From assembly GCA_964016885.1 (NCBI GenBank), contig OZ024742.1:249922001-249986000 (forward strand): a DNA stretch of 64,000 bases, written 5' to 3'. Positions 1-13,853 of the stretch are shown here, piece by piece. Position 1 is the first letter of the stretch. Each line of letters begins with the position of its first letter. The notes beneath the pieces are model-generated. The model was not told the origin of the DNA. It made no database searches and saw only the letters and a list, made by a program, of their open reading frames with translations. This DNA is from Eledone cirrhosa (Eukaryota). The position numbers and the translations under genes were made by a program.

Positions 1-574
1 CATATCCACCCTGGATGAAGCAAGAAGCCATGCGACGGGAATGGGTTTCGAAATCGTCGTCCTGGCTACTGAGTCGACGAAGACGGAATAATTGGGAATA
101 GGGTATGGAGTGTTTGGTGTGGGTTGGATAGGAGGCGGTGAAGTCGAGATAAGATTGGGCGTCTGTTGGTTTAATGAAGATGGAAGTAGAGAGGGTGTGG
201 TGAGAGTGATTAATTGATTAATAGATAGAGAGATATCTAGAAAAGCGACAGAAGAATCGGAGACGGAAGCGGTAAAATTGTGGAGCATATATATATATGT
301 GTGTGTATGTGTGTATGTATGTGTGTGTGTGTGCGTGCGCGTGTGTGTTTTACTGTATGTGAGCATATGTGTGTGTGTGTGTGTGGCTTTGTGTGAGTTT
401 GTTTGTCCATGTCGAGGCTTATGTTTCTGTGTTTATGTCCCATGAACTAAGTTTTCGAGTTAAAAAAAGATTGATAAAAATAATAGAAGGATTTTTTAAA
501 TGGTGTGTTGACGATATGTTGGACTAACATCATTGAAGATGTAATAAAAGAAAATAATACTGTGTTCGAGATAT

Positions 575-700
575 AGCATGAGTCCAAGTTCTTAAATATA
601 TCACGCAGAAAGGTGGAATCAGTATAAAACTTTCTTTTATGAACGTTTTATAGAGAGTCCACCTGTCTGCGTGATATATTTAAGAACTTAGAATCATGCT
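575..700. repeat. Fold-back inverted repeat (~55-bp arms)
   Basis: agcatgagtccaagttcttaaatatatcacgcagaaaggtgga ... tccacctgtctgcgtgatatatttaagaacttagaatcatgct. Confidence 0.8.
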
Positions 701-1217
701 GTGAAGGCGAGTAGCTTAGATGTTACGGTGTTCGGCTCATGAAGGTAGGGTCCTAAGCTCGAATCTCGGTGTGGTGGTGTGTCTTTAGTTTCATGTTTTT
801 TGCAGTCCACGGGCAAAAATTAATTGTAACTCTAATTCAAAAGATCGGTCTATTTGCACACCCTATACTTAGAAACTACATTAAGGAAATACGTGAGAAT
901 GCAATGCTCAGCCACATATATGTTAATTTCAGGACAGAGCTGTTCAAATGGTCGAACAACAAGGGCGTTCTCCGACAGAAACGACGGAGGTCCAATGCAG
1001 TTTACAGTAATGCACGATTTTTGTGTTGGTACATCCAGAGAAAAGCAGCTTCCAGTGATTCATTATTCTCACTGTTCCATATGTTATTATGTACAAACGA
1101 AAGACTGAAAACAAAGAATTTTAACAGCAGATATCAGCTATGTAAACAGAGATCGCAATATGGTGGTGAGCTATACTTATAACCATATGGCCTCACTCTA
1201 CTGAGACATACAAACGC

Positions 1218-1275
<58 letters not shown>

Positions 1276-1353
1276 GTGCGCCTGTATGTAAGAATTGAAT
1301 AGTTGAGAACGGCAAAATGAAAAATGAAATGAAACAAGAATATGCGTATGTAC

Positions 1354-1397
<44 letters not shown>

Positions 1398-1435
1398 CTG
1401 TGTGTGTATGTATGTAATATATTGTATATACATAT

Positions 1436-1490
<55 letters not shown>

Positions 1491-1591
1491 ATATATATTC
1501 ATATATATGTGATAAAAACATAAAAAGTGACAAATTTACAAATGACGTAAATACATATAAAAATGTAAATAAATAAATAAGCACACGCACT

Positions 1592-1625
<34 letters not shown>

Positions 1626-1754
1626 GATATATGTATACACACACACACACACACGCACGCACATATATATATATAAAACGAAAAACAACAAGTTTATGCA
1701 TGACGTAAATACATAGGCAAAAACATATATATATATATATATAATATATATACA

Positions 1755-1829
<75 letters not shown>

Positions 1830-2064
1830 GGAGAGGTTTATGTGCTTTTGTGTGCGTATATGTATGAATGTATGTCTGTATGTATATATATATGTATGCA
1901 AAAAAAACAGTCAAATGTATAAATATGAAAAGAATATATCAGTGAGTTCCCCGTCTGTTTGAACCCGCCATCTCTCCCTCCATCTCTTACCCCAAACAAG
2001 TCTTTTGATGTCTTCAGAAGCGAATCGTTTTACAGCTACTGCCGTCCTTAGTAATACGACTCAC

Positions 2065-2208
2065 TTAGATTACAACTCAACTGCTTCTTTCTGCTTTGAT
2101 CATTACGTATAAATGTTTTCAAAATGGCGCTGGTCAAATGTCGAGAATCCCACATCACAGATTTCTCCCAAATGACCAAACCAGTGTCAATGTTTACATC
2201 TACATAAT
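2065..2208 (-). CDS. Candidate isolated 144-nt coding exon of an unidentified host gene
   Basis: Minus strand: tgtttgttgttatttAG acceptor, GTGAGT donor, open phase 1-1 frame YVDVNIDTGLVIWEKSVMWDSRHLTSAILKTFIRNDQSRKKQLSCNL; no homology recognised. Confidence 0.3.
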
Positions 2209-3179
2209 CTAAATAACAACAAACATTCGGATTTTTTTCTTATTTTTATGAATGTTTGGTTTGGGCGATTTGTTTGTGTATATTTTCTGCTTGAGTTGAA
2301 AATATTCTTGTTGTGGTTGTCATTATTTTTGTTGTATTGTTGTTGTTTTTCTTCTTCTTGTTGCTACAATTGCTTTTATATCTCTTTTTTTCTGCAACTG
2401 TTGTAGACGTTCATAGCTGTACAGACTCCGTTGTTCATATACTGCGTCACAAAAGCAAACGGATAATAACACACCATCTCTTGCCTCAATAACTATTTGT
2501 ACTGTTTTTGTGTATGTTTTTGTCCGCAGCCCTATGTTATATCTAAATAGATATAAACATATACAGACCCCAGTATCTTTCTCCTATATTGTTTACACAT
2601 AATTTAGACACAAAACAGAAGTCAATAAAATTAAATACGTTCAAATTGCCGTTGTAAAGAGTAGAACATTCTGAGGTCTTTTTGTCAGAGACGATGTGAG
2701 GCGAAAAAGAATTGATAGGCTGTAAATAAAGTTTATAAATATAAAGAGGTTCTCTGGACGAAATGATCAAGAAGAAAGGGAATGGAATATATTGCTGGCT
2801 GTAGTTTTGTCACCATCATCGATCGTGGTAATAACAGAAGTTATGGTGTTGGTGAGAGTGACATTAATAACAGTGGCGCTGACGGCGCTAACAACGCTAG
2901 TGGAAACGGTGGTGACAGTGGGGACGAAGGCGGAGGCGACCACTATGACTGCAGCTGAAGTGGTTACAGTAACGGTGACGGCTTCGGGGGAATGAGAGGG
3001 GCATTTCTTCATTAACGATGTTATTTCCAATGTTTCTGAAACTCTGGAGTAATTTGCTATTTAGTTTGATTAATGTTGAGAATGAGACATAGGTTTATTC
3101 TCACAGATCTTGAATTTCCAGGTCACTGATTCATTCATGGCATAACTATATTTAGACGATGAGAAGGTTGTACGATTGC

Positions 3180-3420
3180 AGAGAGTTACCAGCACCCCAA
3201 TCTGTCATAGTCCACCTTGACACTCAGTGTGTCATGTGCCATAATAGAGTCACCAGTACCCCAATATATTATAGACCAGCTTGACATCTTCACTCAGTGT
3301 CTCAGGTGCTATGATACCACAGCCTGTCGTAGTCCACCTTGACACCTTCACTCAGTGTATGAGGTACTATGATACCATAATCTGTCATAGTCCATTCAGT
3401 GTATGAAGTGCTATGTTATA
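3180..3420. repeat. Degenerate minisatellite (~50-65 bp units)
   Basis: Recurring ctgtcatagtccaccttgacac..ttcactcagtgt..gtgctatgatacca units. Confidence 0.75.
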
Positions 3421-3625
3421 GTCAGTGGTGGGATTTGAATCTCTTATCAGAATTTCAATTCAGAACGTAAATAACCAGAACAGAAAGCACAACACATCTC
3501 GTCTAACGCTCAAGCCATGAAGCCAAACCAACACTCTGAAATTACATTTATTTATCGACGCTGAGGAGTTGACCACCGCAAGAAGGATTTCAGAAGTAGG
3601 GTGATTGTCAGTATTTTGTTTTAAA

Positions 3626-3846
3626 GGGCGGTGGATTGGCAGTATCGGTAGAGGGCTGGACGCCATTCTTTGCAGCATATAGTTACGGCCCTCTATGATC
3701 TGAGTTCAAATCCCGCCGCGGTTAATTTTGCCTTTCATCCTTACGGGGTCAATAAAATAAAGTACCGTCACGCACTGGAGTCGATTTAATCGACTTTCCC
3801 CTCCCCCAAAATTGATGGCTTTGTGCCTATATAAGAAACCACTATT
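3626..3846 (+). mobile_element. tRNA-derived SINE (dominant family), full-length copy
   Basis: Box A-like tggcagtatcggtag, box B gagttcaaatcc, central gcctttcatccttacggggtc(g)ataaaataaagtacc, tail tggctttgtgcc..agaaac; more than 20 copies in the window. Confidence 0.85.
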
Positions 3847-3879
3847 TTGTTTTAAAGATCACTCATTTTACTTTAAATT

Positions 3880-4318
3880 TAAGATACCTGGCGATGCGCA
3901 GACACAGGGAACTTATACAAAAATATTCAGTGGATGGAGAAAAACAAGCGGGGACTAAATTCCAAGACACTGAAAAAATCACTGCCTTCTTGTTCGGTGG
4001 CAAATTCAAAAGAATCAATCACTTGACATCCAGGTTAATAAGTGAGGAATGGGGTGTTAAAAAGACAGTAGAATTTTTCAGTGTCTTAGAATTTAGTCCC
4101 CGCTTGCTTTTTTCCATCCACTGAATATTTTTGTATAAGTTCCCTGTGTCCGCGCATCGCCAGGTATCTTAGCTGAGAATGACTCCCTGATGACGAAAAG
4201 GTTTCTCCATAATCTCCATTTGGAAACTATGTATATTCCCTTTCAGAAACTAATTAGTTGGAGTGAAATTTAAGTAAGTAAGCTAAATACTATAATTTTC
4301 TTATTTTACGTTTTTCAT
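3880..4318 (+). mobile_element. Fold-back element (arms 3880-3985/4065-4171) followed by an HHR-like motif; second copy at 28408-28762 (-)
   Basis: Near-perfect inverted arms, then ccctgatgacgaaaagg...ggaaactatgta; homologous reverse copy ending in (TA)n. Confidence 0.7.
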
Positions 4319-4394
4319 ATATATATATATAAAAGAAAATATCGCTCTACATGGCTGAATACAATAAATGTAATTTTAGTTTTCCAAATATTAA

Positions 4395-4612
4395 TAATTG
4401 TTTCTACTTTTTGGCACAAGGCCAGCAAATACTCAGTGCATTACTGGTACTTTATTTTATCGAGCCCTTAAGGATGAAAGGCAAAGTTAACCTCGGCGGG
4501 ATTTTTTATAATAATGATAATAAATATTCTTAACTCAGAAGGCAAGGACCGTAACTCTAAGCGTCAAAGCATGGCGTCTGACCCTCTATCGATACTGCCA
4601 ATCCACCGCCAA
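4395..4612 (-). mobile_element. tRNA-derived SINE copy
   Basis: Reverse complement of the dominant SINE. Confidence 0.8.
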
Positions 4613-4848
4613 ATATTAATAATAACATTCGATTCGTTTGCAAGTATGCAAACAAGGCTCAATTTTATAGCGATGTCAGTAAAATGAACAGTACTGATGA
4701 AGGGTGATGCTCACAAACATTAGTCTCTGCAGTTCTGTTCGCATACCAACACAAGAGCAAGAATGAAGTGTTCATTCTACTGACATGGCTATAAAATTGA
4801 GGCTTGTTTGCATAGTTGAAAACGAGTCGAATGTTATTATTAATATTC
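4612..4848. repeat. Fold-back element with a degenerate HHR core in the loop (CTGATGA 4694-4700)
   Basis: aatattaataataacattcga...tcgaatgttattattaatatt arms; loop cagta ctgatga agggtgatgctcac aaacattagtc tctg. Confidence 0.65.
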
Positions 4849-4951
4849 GAACAATTCAGATTATATATATATATATATACATATATATACATATTTTATT
4901 AAAGTAAAACAAAGAAGCCTTCAATACATCAAAAGTCTTTATTAGCCAACA

Positions 4952-5010
<59 letters not shown>

Positions 5011-5242
5011 TCCTTATATATACATATACATATATATACATATACATATATACATATACATATACGTGTGTCTACGTACATCTGTAGCTATATATAGGTA
5101 GTTATAGATATATATCTAGGAGAGGAGCTGATCTCACCGCGTTCTAAAAAGATGCCCTACAAAAGCTGTATGTTACTAGGGCGACCCTACGACTCCCTTG
5201 GGAGTTACGGTATTCACATATATACATACATACATATATATA

Positions 5243-5323
<81 letters not shown>

Positions 5324-5939
5324 CATAGATATATATATAGATATATATAAACACGCTTACACACACACACATATATACACACACACATATATATATATAT
5401 ATACATGTGTGTGTGTGTGGGTATATATGTGAGTGGTATGTGAGTGTGTTTATATATATATATATATATATGCGTATATGGATATGTTTGTGTGTAAACC
5501 ATTGTCACATATATCATCTACTACCGTACATGAGTTGTAATAGAACTAAATATTCTGACAAATAATTACTGTTTAACACCAACAAAAATAACCTGAACAC
5601 CAATATCGCCAGCATCGTAACCAGCCTCCTCATTACCACCATTTTCACTAACATCACCACCACCATCAAAACTATCATCATCAACAATAACTACAGCAGC
5701 AACTGCCATACAATTCGCGATCTTGTTAATATGTTAGCTGTGTTTTGTAATAGCGATCAAATTATCAAATGATTAAATTGCCCGAAAGAATATAAAACAA
5801 AATTAAATAAAGAATATATATAATGAAACGAAAGGTCGCAGTCATAGAGAACCAAGCTATTCCTAATAATGCAAATCAAAGGTCAGATTGTAATCCAAAA
5901 TGTGCCGATGTCTCCAGTGTGACGTTAGATTCGCATTTG

Positions 5940-6100
<161 letters not shown>

Positions 6101-6276
6101 ATATATATATGTATGTATATATATATGTATATATATATATATATATGTTCATATATATATAAATGTATATATATGTATGTATATATATATATATATATAT
6201 GCATATATATATATATGTATGTGTGTGTGTGTGTATATGTATATATACACACATATATATATATACATACATGTAA

Positions 6277-6329
<53 letters not shown>

Positions 6330-6331
6330 AA

Positions 6332-6416
<85 letters not shown>

Positions 6417-8023
6417 CTGTCTGCGTGTCTGTGTACGTGTAGTATTTATTTATTTATTGTTAAATGATTGTGATGTTTGGGTCAGAACGAAACAGCAGTT
6501 ATAAAAATGCTTGCAAATCGACCAGCCCTGCGTCAAATTACTTGGAACATTTGCAGTCAACTTTGTGAAACATAGTCACAAAATACATGGAAATCAGTCA
6601 ATTTTTTTTTTTTTTTTTAAATGCCTCCATTTAACCTTCCTTCTTTTTTTCTTTCTTGTTTATTTATTTATCGTTTATTTATTTATTAAAACATGCTCGG
6701 TAACATTTATTCTTTCTCTGATCTTTGGTGGGAAAATGGTCTCAGTTCTTAAAATTACGATATCGCCCCAAAATATTTGACACCAACTCCATTCGAGAAG
6801 TCTGGGTCAGCATAGGATTAGTCCCACATTTGTTGTTGTTTTTGTTTGTTGTTGTTGTCGTTGTTGTCTTCATTGTTTAACGCCTTGTGAGTTCAGATTG
6901 AGCAGATATATGATCAAAAGTGATCCAGCCGAAACCATCCTGTCGTTTTGTTTTCTAAACAATGCTACTAGCTCTACATTATCATATGTCACATTCCTTC
7001 TTTTATCAGAACCCGGATGGGGAGGACTTGATTCTGATTCGTTTTAAGGCTCTCTGAGACTGCTGAGAAGGAAATATGACATTATACCCAAACCAGATGC
7101 CTAGTCAGAATGCTTGCAACGGAGTGCAGTGGGTTAAGGACACCCCGGACAGGTTTTAATATTGAACAGAGTGAAGGATTAAGTTTACCACTAAAAGGGA
7201 CCAGTGTAATTTGGACTGTTAAGTTATAGACAGAACTGAATGGTCCCTGATTGCTATGAAGAAGGGAATATTTTGCGCATAACTAAAAAAAGCAAGAGTA
7301 TATAATATGCTTTGGAAAGCTAGGCACAGTGTGTTCCGCTCACAATGGGAAGGCCGGGAATTTGATTCTCGAAGGCACATTTTATCCTTGAGTAATATTC
7401 TTTATTAAACGTTGCCCCAGTTCACTCAGCTGAAAAAATTAATTGTATCTCTAATTCAAAGAGCCAGCCTTATCACATGCTGTGTCACATCGAAACTCCC
7501 TAGGAAGTTCGTTAAAGATACATGGGGATGTGGAATGCTCAACCAATTGCATGTTAATTTAACGACCAGTGTATTTCATTTTTCTAACCACTGGAATCTT
7601 GACACTGACATAGATCCAGCACTCTTTTATACGATACGTATCATATTACATTTATGTTATATGTTTTAAGCACATACATTTGCTTGAGTGTATTTACGTG
7701 AAAACTTTGATATTCTGCATGTAAACTCCAGTCGAGTCGAAACCTTAAAGCCATAAAATATATTGCTATGGAATATATTGATTATAACGTTTCAACTGTC
7801 AATCATAAAGCATCAATAAAGCTACATTAGTAATAATCACTTTTCTTTCATGGTATTTTAAATGATGATGTAATATCTCACCTTATATGGAGGAACCATA
7901 TTTTATTTAGAAACATTTATTATGTCTGTAGTATGGTGTAAGTGAAACCGTCTTTCACACACACCGGAACAGCCCCTTTCATTAATTATATATAATTGTA
8001 TGCGCGTAATGTGTGTGAGCGAG

Positions 8024-8090
<67 letters not shown>

Positions 8091-10688
8091 TGCAAGTAAC
8101 ATATTTATCACAAGCACACCATAGCTGTCGCTCTAATTAACGAATTAATATTATTTATTAATCTTTATAGAAGACGGTAATTAAAAAGAGTCTAAGAAGC
8201 GCCTGCCGCCTTTCACATCTCCAAGATGATAATAAGGCAGTTTTAACATTCATCTTCCATTTCAGTCCCTAGACGATACTTCATTTGAATTAATGGTTAC
8301 AATTTATTTTATAGTGTTTCTGTTCCCTTTGATATGGTTTTTATTTATGAAATAGTGATATTCTGTGACTGATTTAAGTTTGATTTGAAAAGCTATTTTG
8401 AGGGAACCAGGTAATGCCTCTACATGCCCACCCATAATGCGTGTTGGCCTAAAATACCTGTGGGATAAGGTCTGCAGTAACAACGTGAGTGGGCAGTGTT
8501 TCTTGATGTGGGTTCCAAGATAGCACTGGGTTCCTCGAAGTAAGCCCTATTTAATGAATTTTATTTTTAATTAATTCACTTGAAATTTATTTAATTTTAT
8601 CAGGAAAAGCTAACATAAATCATATTTTAGCTTTAAATTAGCCGAACAGAATATATGTAAAGAAAGATTCCTGAATTGTGCCAGGTTTCCAAAATGGAAG
8701 TAAAGAAATTTCAAATATTAAAACGTTCCAAATTTCTTTATAACCATATTGGTTTATTTTATTTAATTTAATTTTTGTTATATATTAACACGTTCTCTTT
8801 TAAAATATTGTTTGTTTAATTTAATGTATTTTATAAAATAGTCTACATGTTTGGTTTCCGGAGAACGTAGGATGTGATTAACCAATCAGAAATGTTGTCT
8901 GTTGATATTGACTTCCTGTAGGTGTTATTGTAATGTTCTGTACCATACATTCCCGGGCTTTTCTCTCTTCTGTTTTCAGTCGATTGAGGTCCAATAGATT
9001 GCCACTTTGACGTTTACACGTCTAGTGTCTGGGAGAAGTAGTTTCTGTGCGACTAATTCCACAGCAATGCTGGTCTTTCAGAAGATTTTATTTGCTATGC
9101 GATCGCAACCAGGTGACATTGTGAATTGTGCAGGAGAGCGGGTCCTGAATCATACAGCGGCTGCGAGGTGTATCTGGAGAGCGTAATAATTGATCAACCA
9201 GCGAACAATATATCTTCGATTTGCTGCAGTCGGGCCGGAACACGGTTACCTAACAACAACAAAACAACAACTACAAGACGTTAACGGCAAGATGTTTGGC
9301 AAATAAAGTATGACTATTAAAGTATAGACAAGAACATAACATAGGGAAGAAGAGGCTTTCGTAAATAGCAGCATAGTCGAAATTGATATATTCCTAGAAT
9401 GGCCTTGTACCGGTTTTCCCATCTTTCAAAATAGTTATCTTGAATGAGAGATTGGAGATAACTGCCATTAAGAAGGTATAAATGACAGCGGTAGAATCAT
9501 AAAATTATTCGAGACATACTAAAATGTTACACCAACCCGGATATATTCCATGCTAAATTGGTGCGATCGCTTTACTTTATCTGCGCCAAAATTTACAAAT
9601 ATTTTAACGAGAATATTATATATATAATTATAAGCCAAAGAAAAACATTTCCCATCTTTGCAAAGAATATTTCTGGAAGCTGAAGACCATTCTGGGAATT
9701 CTTCAATCTGCAGACTTTCAAGCGTTATAACCAAATACTAGATTTATTTATATTTCAATACGGTAACTGATACCTATTTACAGCAGCAGATTTTTTTATG
9801 AGTATTTCAAACGGACATCATGAAGAATCGAGAATCATTTACAAGGAACATAAATTTCGAGAACTTTTTCCTAATCAGATAATTTTATTGATACTTTATA
9901 ATGCTCGGATAGTCTGGAAACACTGGGCACACCTAAAACATAAGGTCATGAATGGAATATTTCACTGGGAGAGTGAGAAAATGACACAAACTGTAGCTCT
10001 AGACAAAGGGAATGGATAATGTGGAAGAGCATGCTAATCTTAAAATACGCTGTAGTGGTGGTTGTGTGGGAGGGGGCGTTGATGTGCGTGCAGGTGGTTG
10101 TTGTTGTTGCTGCGGCCGATGTGCTGCTGGTGGTGGTGGCGTTGTTGGTGCTTGTTGTTGTGGAATTGGTTGTTGTTGTGGTAGTGGAGGTTCTTGTGGT
10201 TATTGTTGTTGCTGTTGTGGGGGTAGCAATGGTTGTACTTGTTGTTGATGTAGTGGTGGTTTCTGTTGCGGCAATAGCAAGAAATGTAGTGTGAAATCAC
10301 GTTTGTGAACCTCAATACTAAATACATATATCTGACAGTGATTACTTTAATACATAAAGTCAACGAATTGTGAAAAAAAAAATCAACGTACACAGATTAA
10401 TGGTATCAAACACACACACACATACACACAGCATACACAACATTTATACAGTATATGCGGAAATACATTTAAAAGAGAAAAGCAGGCTCAAAGATATGGA
10501 AATATGAACATGTGTAAATATTCTCATTTACATTCTTGAGAAAAAGATTAAGGTGTATATATATATATGTGTGTATGTTTGTGTGTGTGCGTACAGATAC
10601 ACACACACTCACCCCCTTGCTTTTATATATGCATATATATGCATATATATGTGTGTGTGTGTGTGCGCGCGTGTGTGTGGGGGGGGGC

Positions 10689-10719
<31 letters not shown>

Positions 10720-11367
10720 TGTGTGTGTGTGTGTGCGTGTGTGTGTATGTGTGTGTGTGTAGGGTGAATTGGCAGATTCGTTAGAACGTCAGATAGAATG
10801 CTTTATGGTATTCGTTCCGATGTCCAATTTGCCTTTCATCATTTAGAGGTCGATGAAAAAATTACCTGTCTAGTTCTGGGGTCGATTTTCTAAATAACTC
10901 TTGAAAAAATCTGCTGTACTCATGTCTGGAGAGGGATGGGATCCGCCAGGCTTAAACTGCCCAGTATGTCAATACGGCGTCCCTATGAGTTTCAACATAA
11001 AATAGGTACATTCATATATACATCGCTATTTCAGAGCACCAATACAAATTTCTAATTGATGCTGAGCCTGCAACCGCTCTGTATGCAAATCAGTTTCAAC
11101 AGTTCATAAAATAACTGGAATTCTATAAGTATCCCGCTTCTGTAATTTCGCTCAAAGCGAAGAGGTATGTAGTCTTGACAAACCACTTACAAGTGAGAAA
11201 CGGTCAACGTCGATTACTCCCCTTTGCTTTTGCTGATGCAGGTATGTGACATCAGTGACTACCTTATAATACATAGCGAATGGCCTTCAACCTGTATTTA
11301 AATAAACATACAGTATATTATTAAATATACAATACGTACATTCATATATAAATCGCAACCAATACAA

Positions 11368-11667
11368 CTATATATATAAAACAGAGGATGTCTGTCTGTG
11401 TGTCTGTTTCCCTAAAACTCGAGAAGTACCCAACCGTTTTTTTCAAACTTTACACATGTAACCCGTATGGCCCCGGAATTTCAAATTATTCCGTATTAGG
11501 CGATTTGGCGATCTCTTTCTCTTTCTCTTAGTCTTTCTCTTTTTAGATAGATACATAGATATGACGTCGCGCCTTCATGATATCTGTCTGTATGCCTGGC
11601 TGTCTGCATTACGACATTATGACGCGATCAATGTGTGTGTGTATATATGTATATATATATATATATA

Positions 11668-11733
<66 letters not shown>

Positions 11734-12395
11734 TCTTATGCCAGGGAGCGTGTTCACGAACCAAAGTATCGTCTTCCTGTTTTCCTTCGGTTGCAACGTT
11801 TTTCGAAATATTTACATCTGCATTCACAGATTGATTTTTTTTTAGTTTCAGAAAATCCCGTTAAGGGTGAAAGCAGCGATTCTTTGCTTAAACTTTAATA
11901 TGTTATTTTAATATAGATATTCGTGTACAGATATTTTTGCATACACAAAAACAAAATATGAACAAACAAGGCTCCCGATTACATAATCACATGCATCACT
12001 GACAGATATTTTTGCATACACAAAAACAAAATATAAACAAACAAGGCCAACGATTACATCAGTTAGTCTTAGTGTACTTCATACTGCTTTTAGGTAGAAG
12101 ATTCCGTTAAGGGTGAAAGCAGCGATTCATTTTCTGCGTTCACAGATTGATTTTTTTTGTTTCAGAAAATCCCGTTAACTGTGAAAGCATTGATTCTTTG
12201 CTTAAACTTTAATCTGTTATTTTAATATATGTAAATATATATATAATTATAAATTCGTGTACAGATATTTTTGCATACACAATAACAAAATATAAACAAA
12301 CGTATTTATTTCACGAGGCTCGATAAGGATAAATATATATCAAATATATAAGAACCCTAGAGCAAATCCCGAGCAACGCCGGGCCATTCTGCTAG
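11368..12395 (+). mobile_element. Non-autonomous Helitron-like element
   Basis: 5' ctatatatataaaacagaggatgtctgtctg; 3' hairpin cccgagcaacgccggg then ccattctgCTAG|T; further copies at 28014-29493 (+) and 56295-56830 (-). Confidence 0.7.
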
Positions 12396-12666
12396 TATAT
12401 ATATATAATCAAGATTTAGCAAATAAGAAAAAGTTTCAAAATAAATTTTTAAAAATTCACTGTACCTGCTATGGTTACCTTTACCGTACCTTTACCCTAT
12501 ATGTATTTTGCGTGTAGGGATATATACTTTATTATATATATATATATATATATATATACATACATATATATACGGGTCACTTTTACGACCTTTCAGACCT
12601 GTGTTAGCTGGGGACGAGGTCATATATTTTATCGTTCCTGAGGTTTTTAACCCTAGGAAAGGAAAA

Positions 12667-12749
12667 TGCTTCTCTGATGATCTTTGTTTTTCCATTAATA
12701 TCCATGTGATATCTAATGTTTTGCAAAGTGAAACTGTACAGTAAGGGCC
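12667..12749 (+). ncRNA. Type I hammerhead ribozyme
   Basis: ttct-CTGATGA-tctttg...caaagt-GAAAC-tgtaca-GTA-aggg; palindromic stem III actgtacagt. Confidence 0.7.
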
Positions 12750-13184
12750 ATTTGAATAGGTAAATATTTATATTATATTTTTTAATTTTGATTAATTTTA
12801 ATTTTAAATTAATTTTGATTTATTTTGAAAAATTGGTTGAATTTTACTTGTTCTGCTTATCTTGATATTAAGTTCTGGTATATCAAATTATTACCATAGA
12901 ACCACCTTGAATCATAGACAACCTATGTATTTCTGGGGGTACCTTGTACCCTTAGGCATATTTACTTTATTCATTATGCTCCGTTATGTAGAGAACAAAT
13001 CTGTCGTTCTATTTAGCTGCTATTTTTTTAGCGGCGACTATAGACAACAAGTCTGTGATTTCCCGCCTTCACTTCACACCGGCATATATACGGGTCACTT
13101 TTACGACCTTTCAGACCTGTGATAGCTGGGGACGAGGTCATATATTTTATCGTTCCTGAGGTTTTTAACCCTAGGAAAGGAAAA

Positions 13185-13267
13185 TGCTTCTCTGATGATC
13201 TTTGTTTTTCCATTAATATCCATGTGATATCTAATGTTTTGCAAAGTGAAACTGTACAGTAAGGGCC
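13185..13267 (+). ncRNA. Type I hammerhead ribozyme (tandem copy)
   Basis: Identical to 12667-12749, 518 bp downstream. Confidence 0.7.
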
Positions 13268-13489
13268 ATTTGAATAGGTAAATATTTATATTATATTTTT
13301 TAATTTTGATTAATTTTAATTTTAAATTAATTTTGATTTATTTTGAAAAATTGGTTGAATTTTACTTGTTCTGCTTATCTCGATACATATGTGTGTGTGT
13401 GTGTAACGTGTCATAACGTGTCATAACTTGTTCTAACGTGTCATACCTTGTTCTAACATGAACCCTTAAATGCATATTGCAGCCGTCAG

Positions 13490-13853
13490 TAGGAAATCAA
13501 GACCCGATCGAGCAACAAGACATCAAATTCATGGCGAAGCTAGGGTGAAACATCAGCCAAATCATTGACGCTCTGGGGTAAGTTTATGGGTTCAATGACC
13601 CAAAGATATCAACAACCTATAAATGGATAAGTCGTTTTAGAAGTGGAAGAGATGAGGTTGAAGATGATCCCCAGTTGAAAAGGCAAAAATGCGGCTTTGA
13701 CATCGCATTGGCTTTTAAGTCGCATGGTCTTCAGTGTTAAATGTTTGCAGGAGTGTATTAACCTAGATGGAGCATATTTTGAAAAATAAACATCATAACG
13801 TAAATCGTTTTTCCAACTATCCTTTTCTCACGAACATTTTGAAGGCCCTCGTA
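13490..13853 (+). mobile_element. Internally deleted mariner transposon remnant (irritans/Hsmar2-like)
   Basis: Translates IKFMAKLG*NISQIIDALG*VYGFNDPKISTTYKWISRFRSGRDEVEDDP (N-terminal HTH), later LQECINLDGAYFEK*, then TIR-like ttttgaaggccctcg+TA. Confidence 0.75.

Larger units (their letters stand above)
12565..13382 (+). mobile_element. Partial-tandem (518-bp period) HHR-bearing non-coding retroelement (retrozyme/pLTR-like)
   Basis: 12565-12862 repeated almost identically at 13083-13380, each copy with an HHR; diverged homologue at 32137-32841. Confidence 0.8.

Noticed and set aside
1-65. ctggatgaag...gaaatcgtc HHR-like motif
   Set aside because: Core has an extra base and stem I does not pair; truncated by the window edge
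2052-2065. taatacgactcact, a T7 promoter-like 14-mer
   Set aside because: Lacks ATAG and any vector context; it overlaps a minus-strand GTGAGT and is probably coincidental
10012-10294. Cys/Gly-rich metallothionein-like ORF
   Set aside because: Degenerate (TGT/TGG)n trinucleotide tract with all frames low-complexity; same for 2767-3030 and 44398-44600
11192-11292. Minus-strand exon-like segment with AG/GTAAGT
   Set aside because: Stops in all three frames
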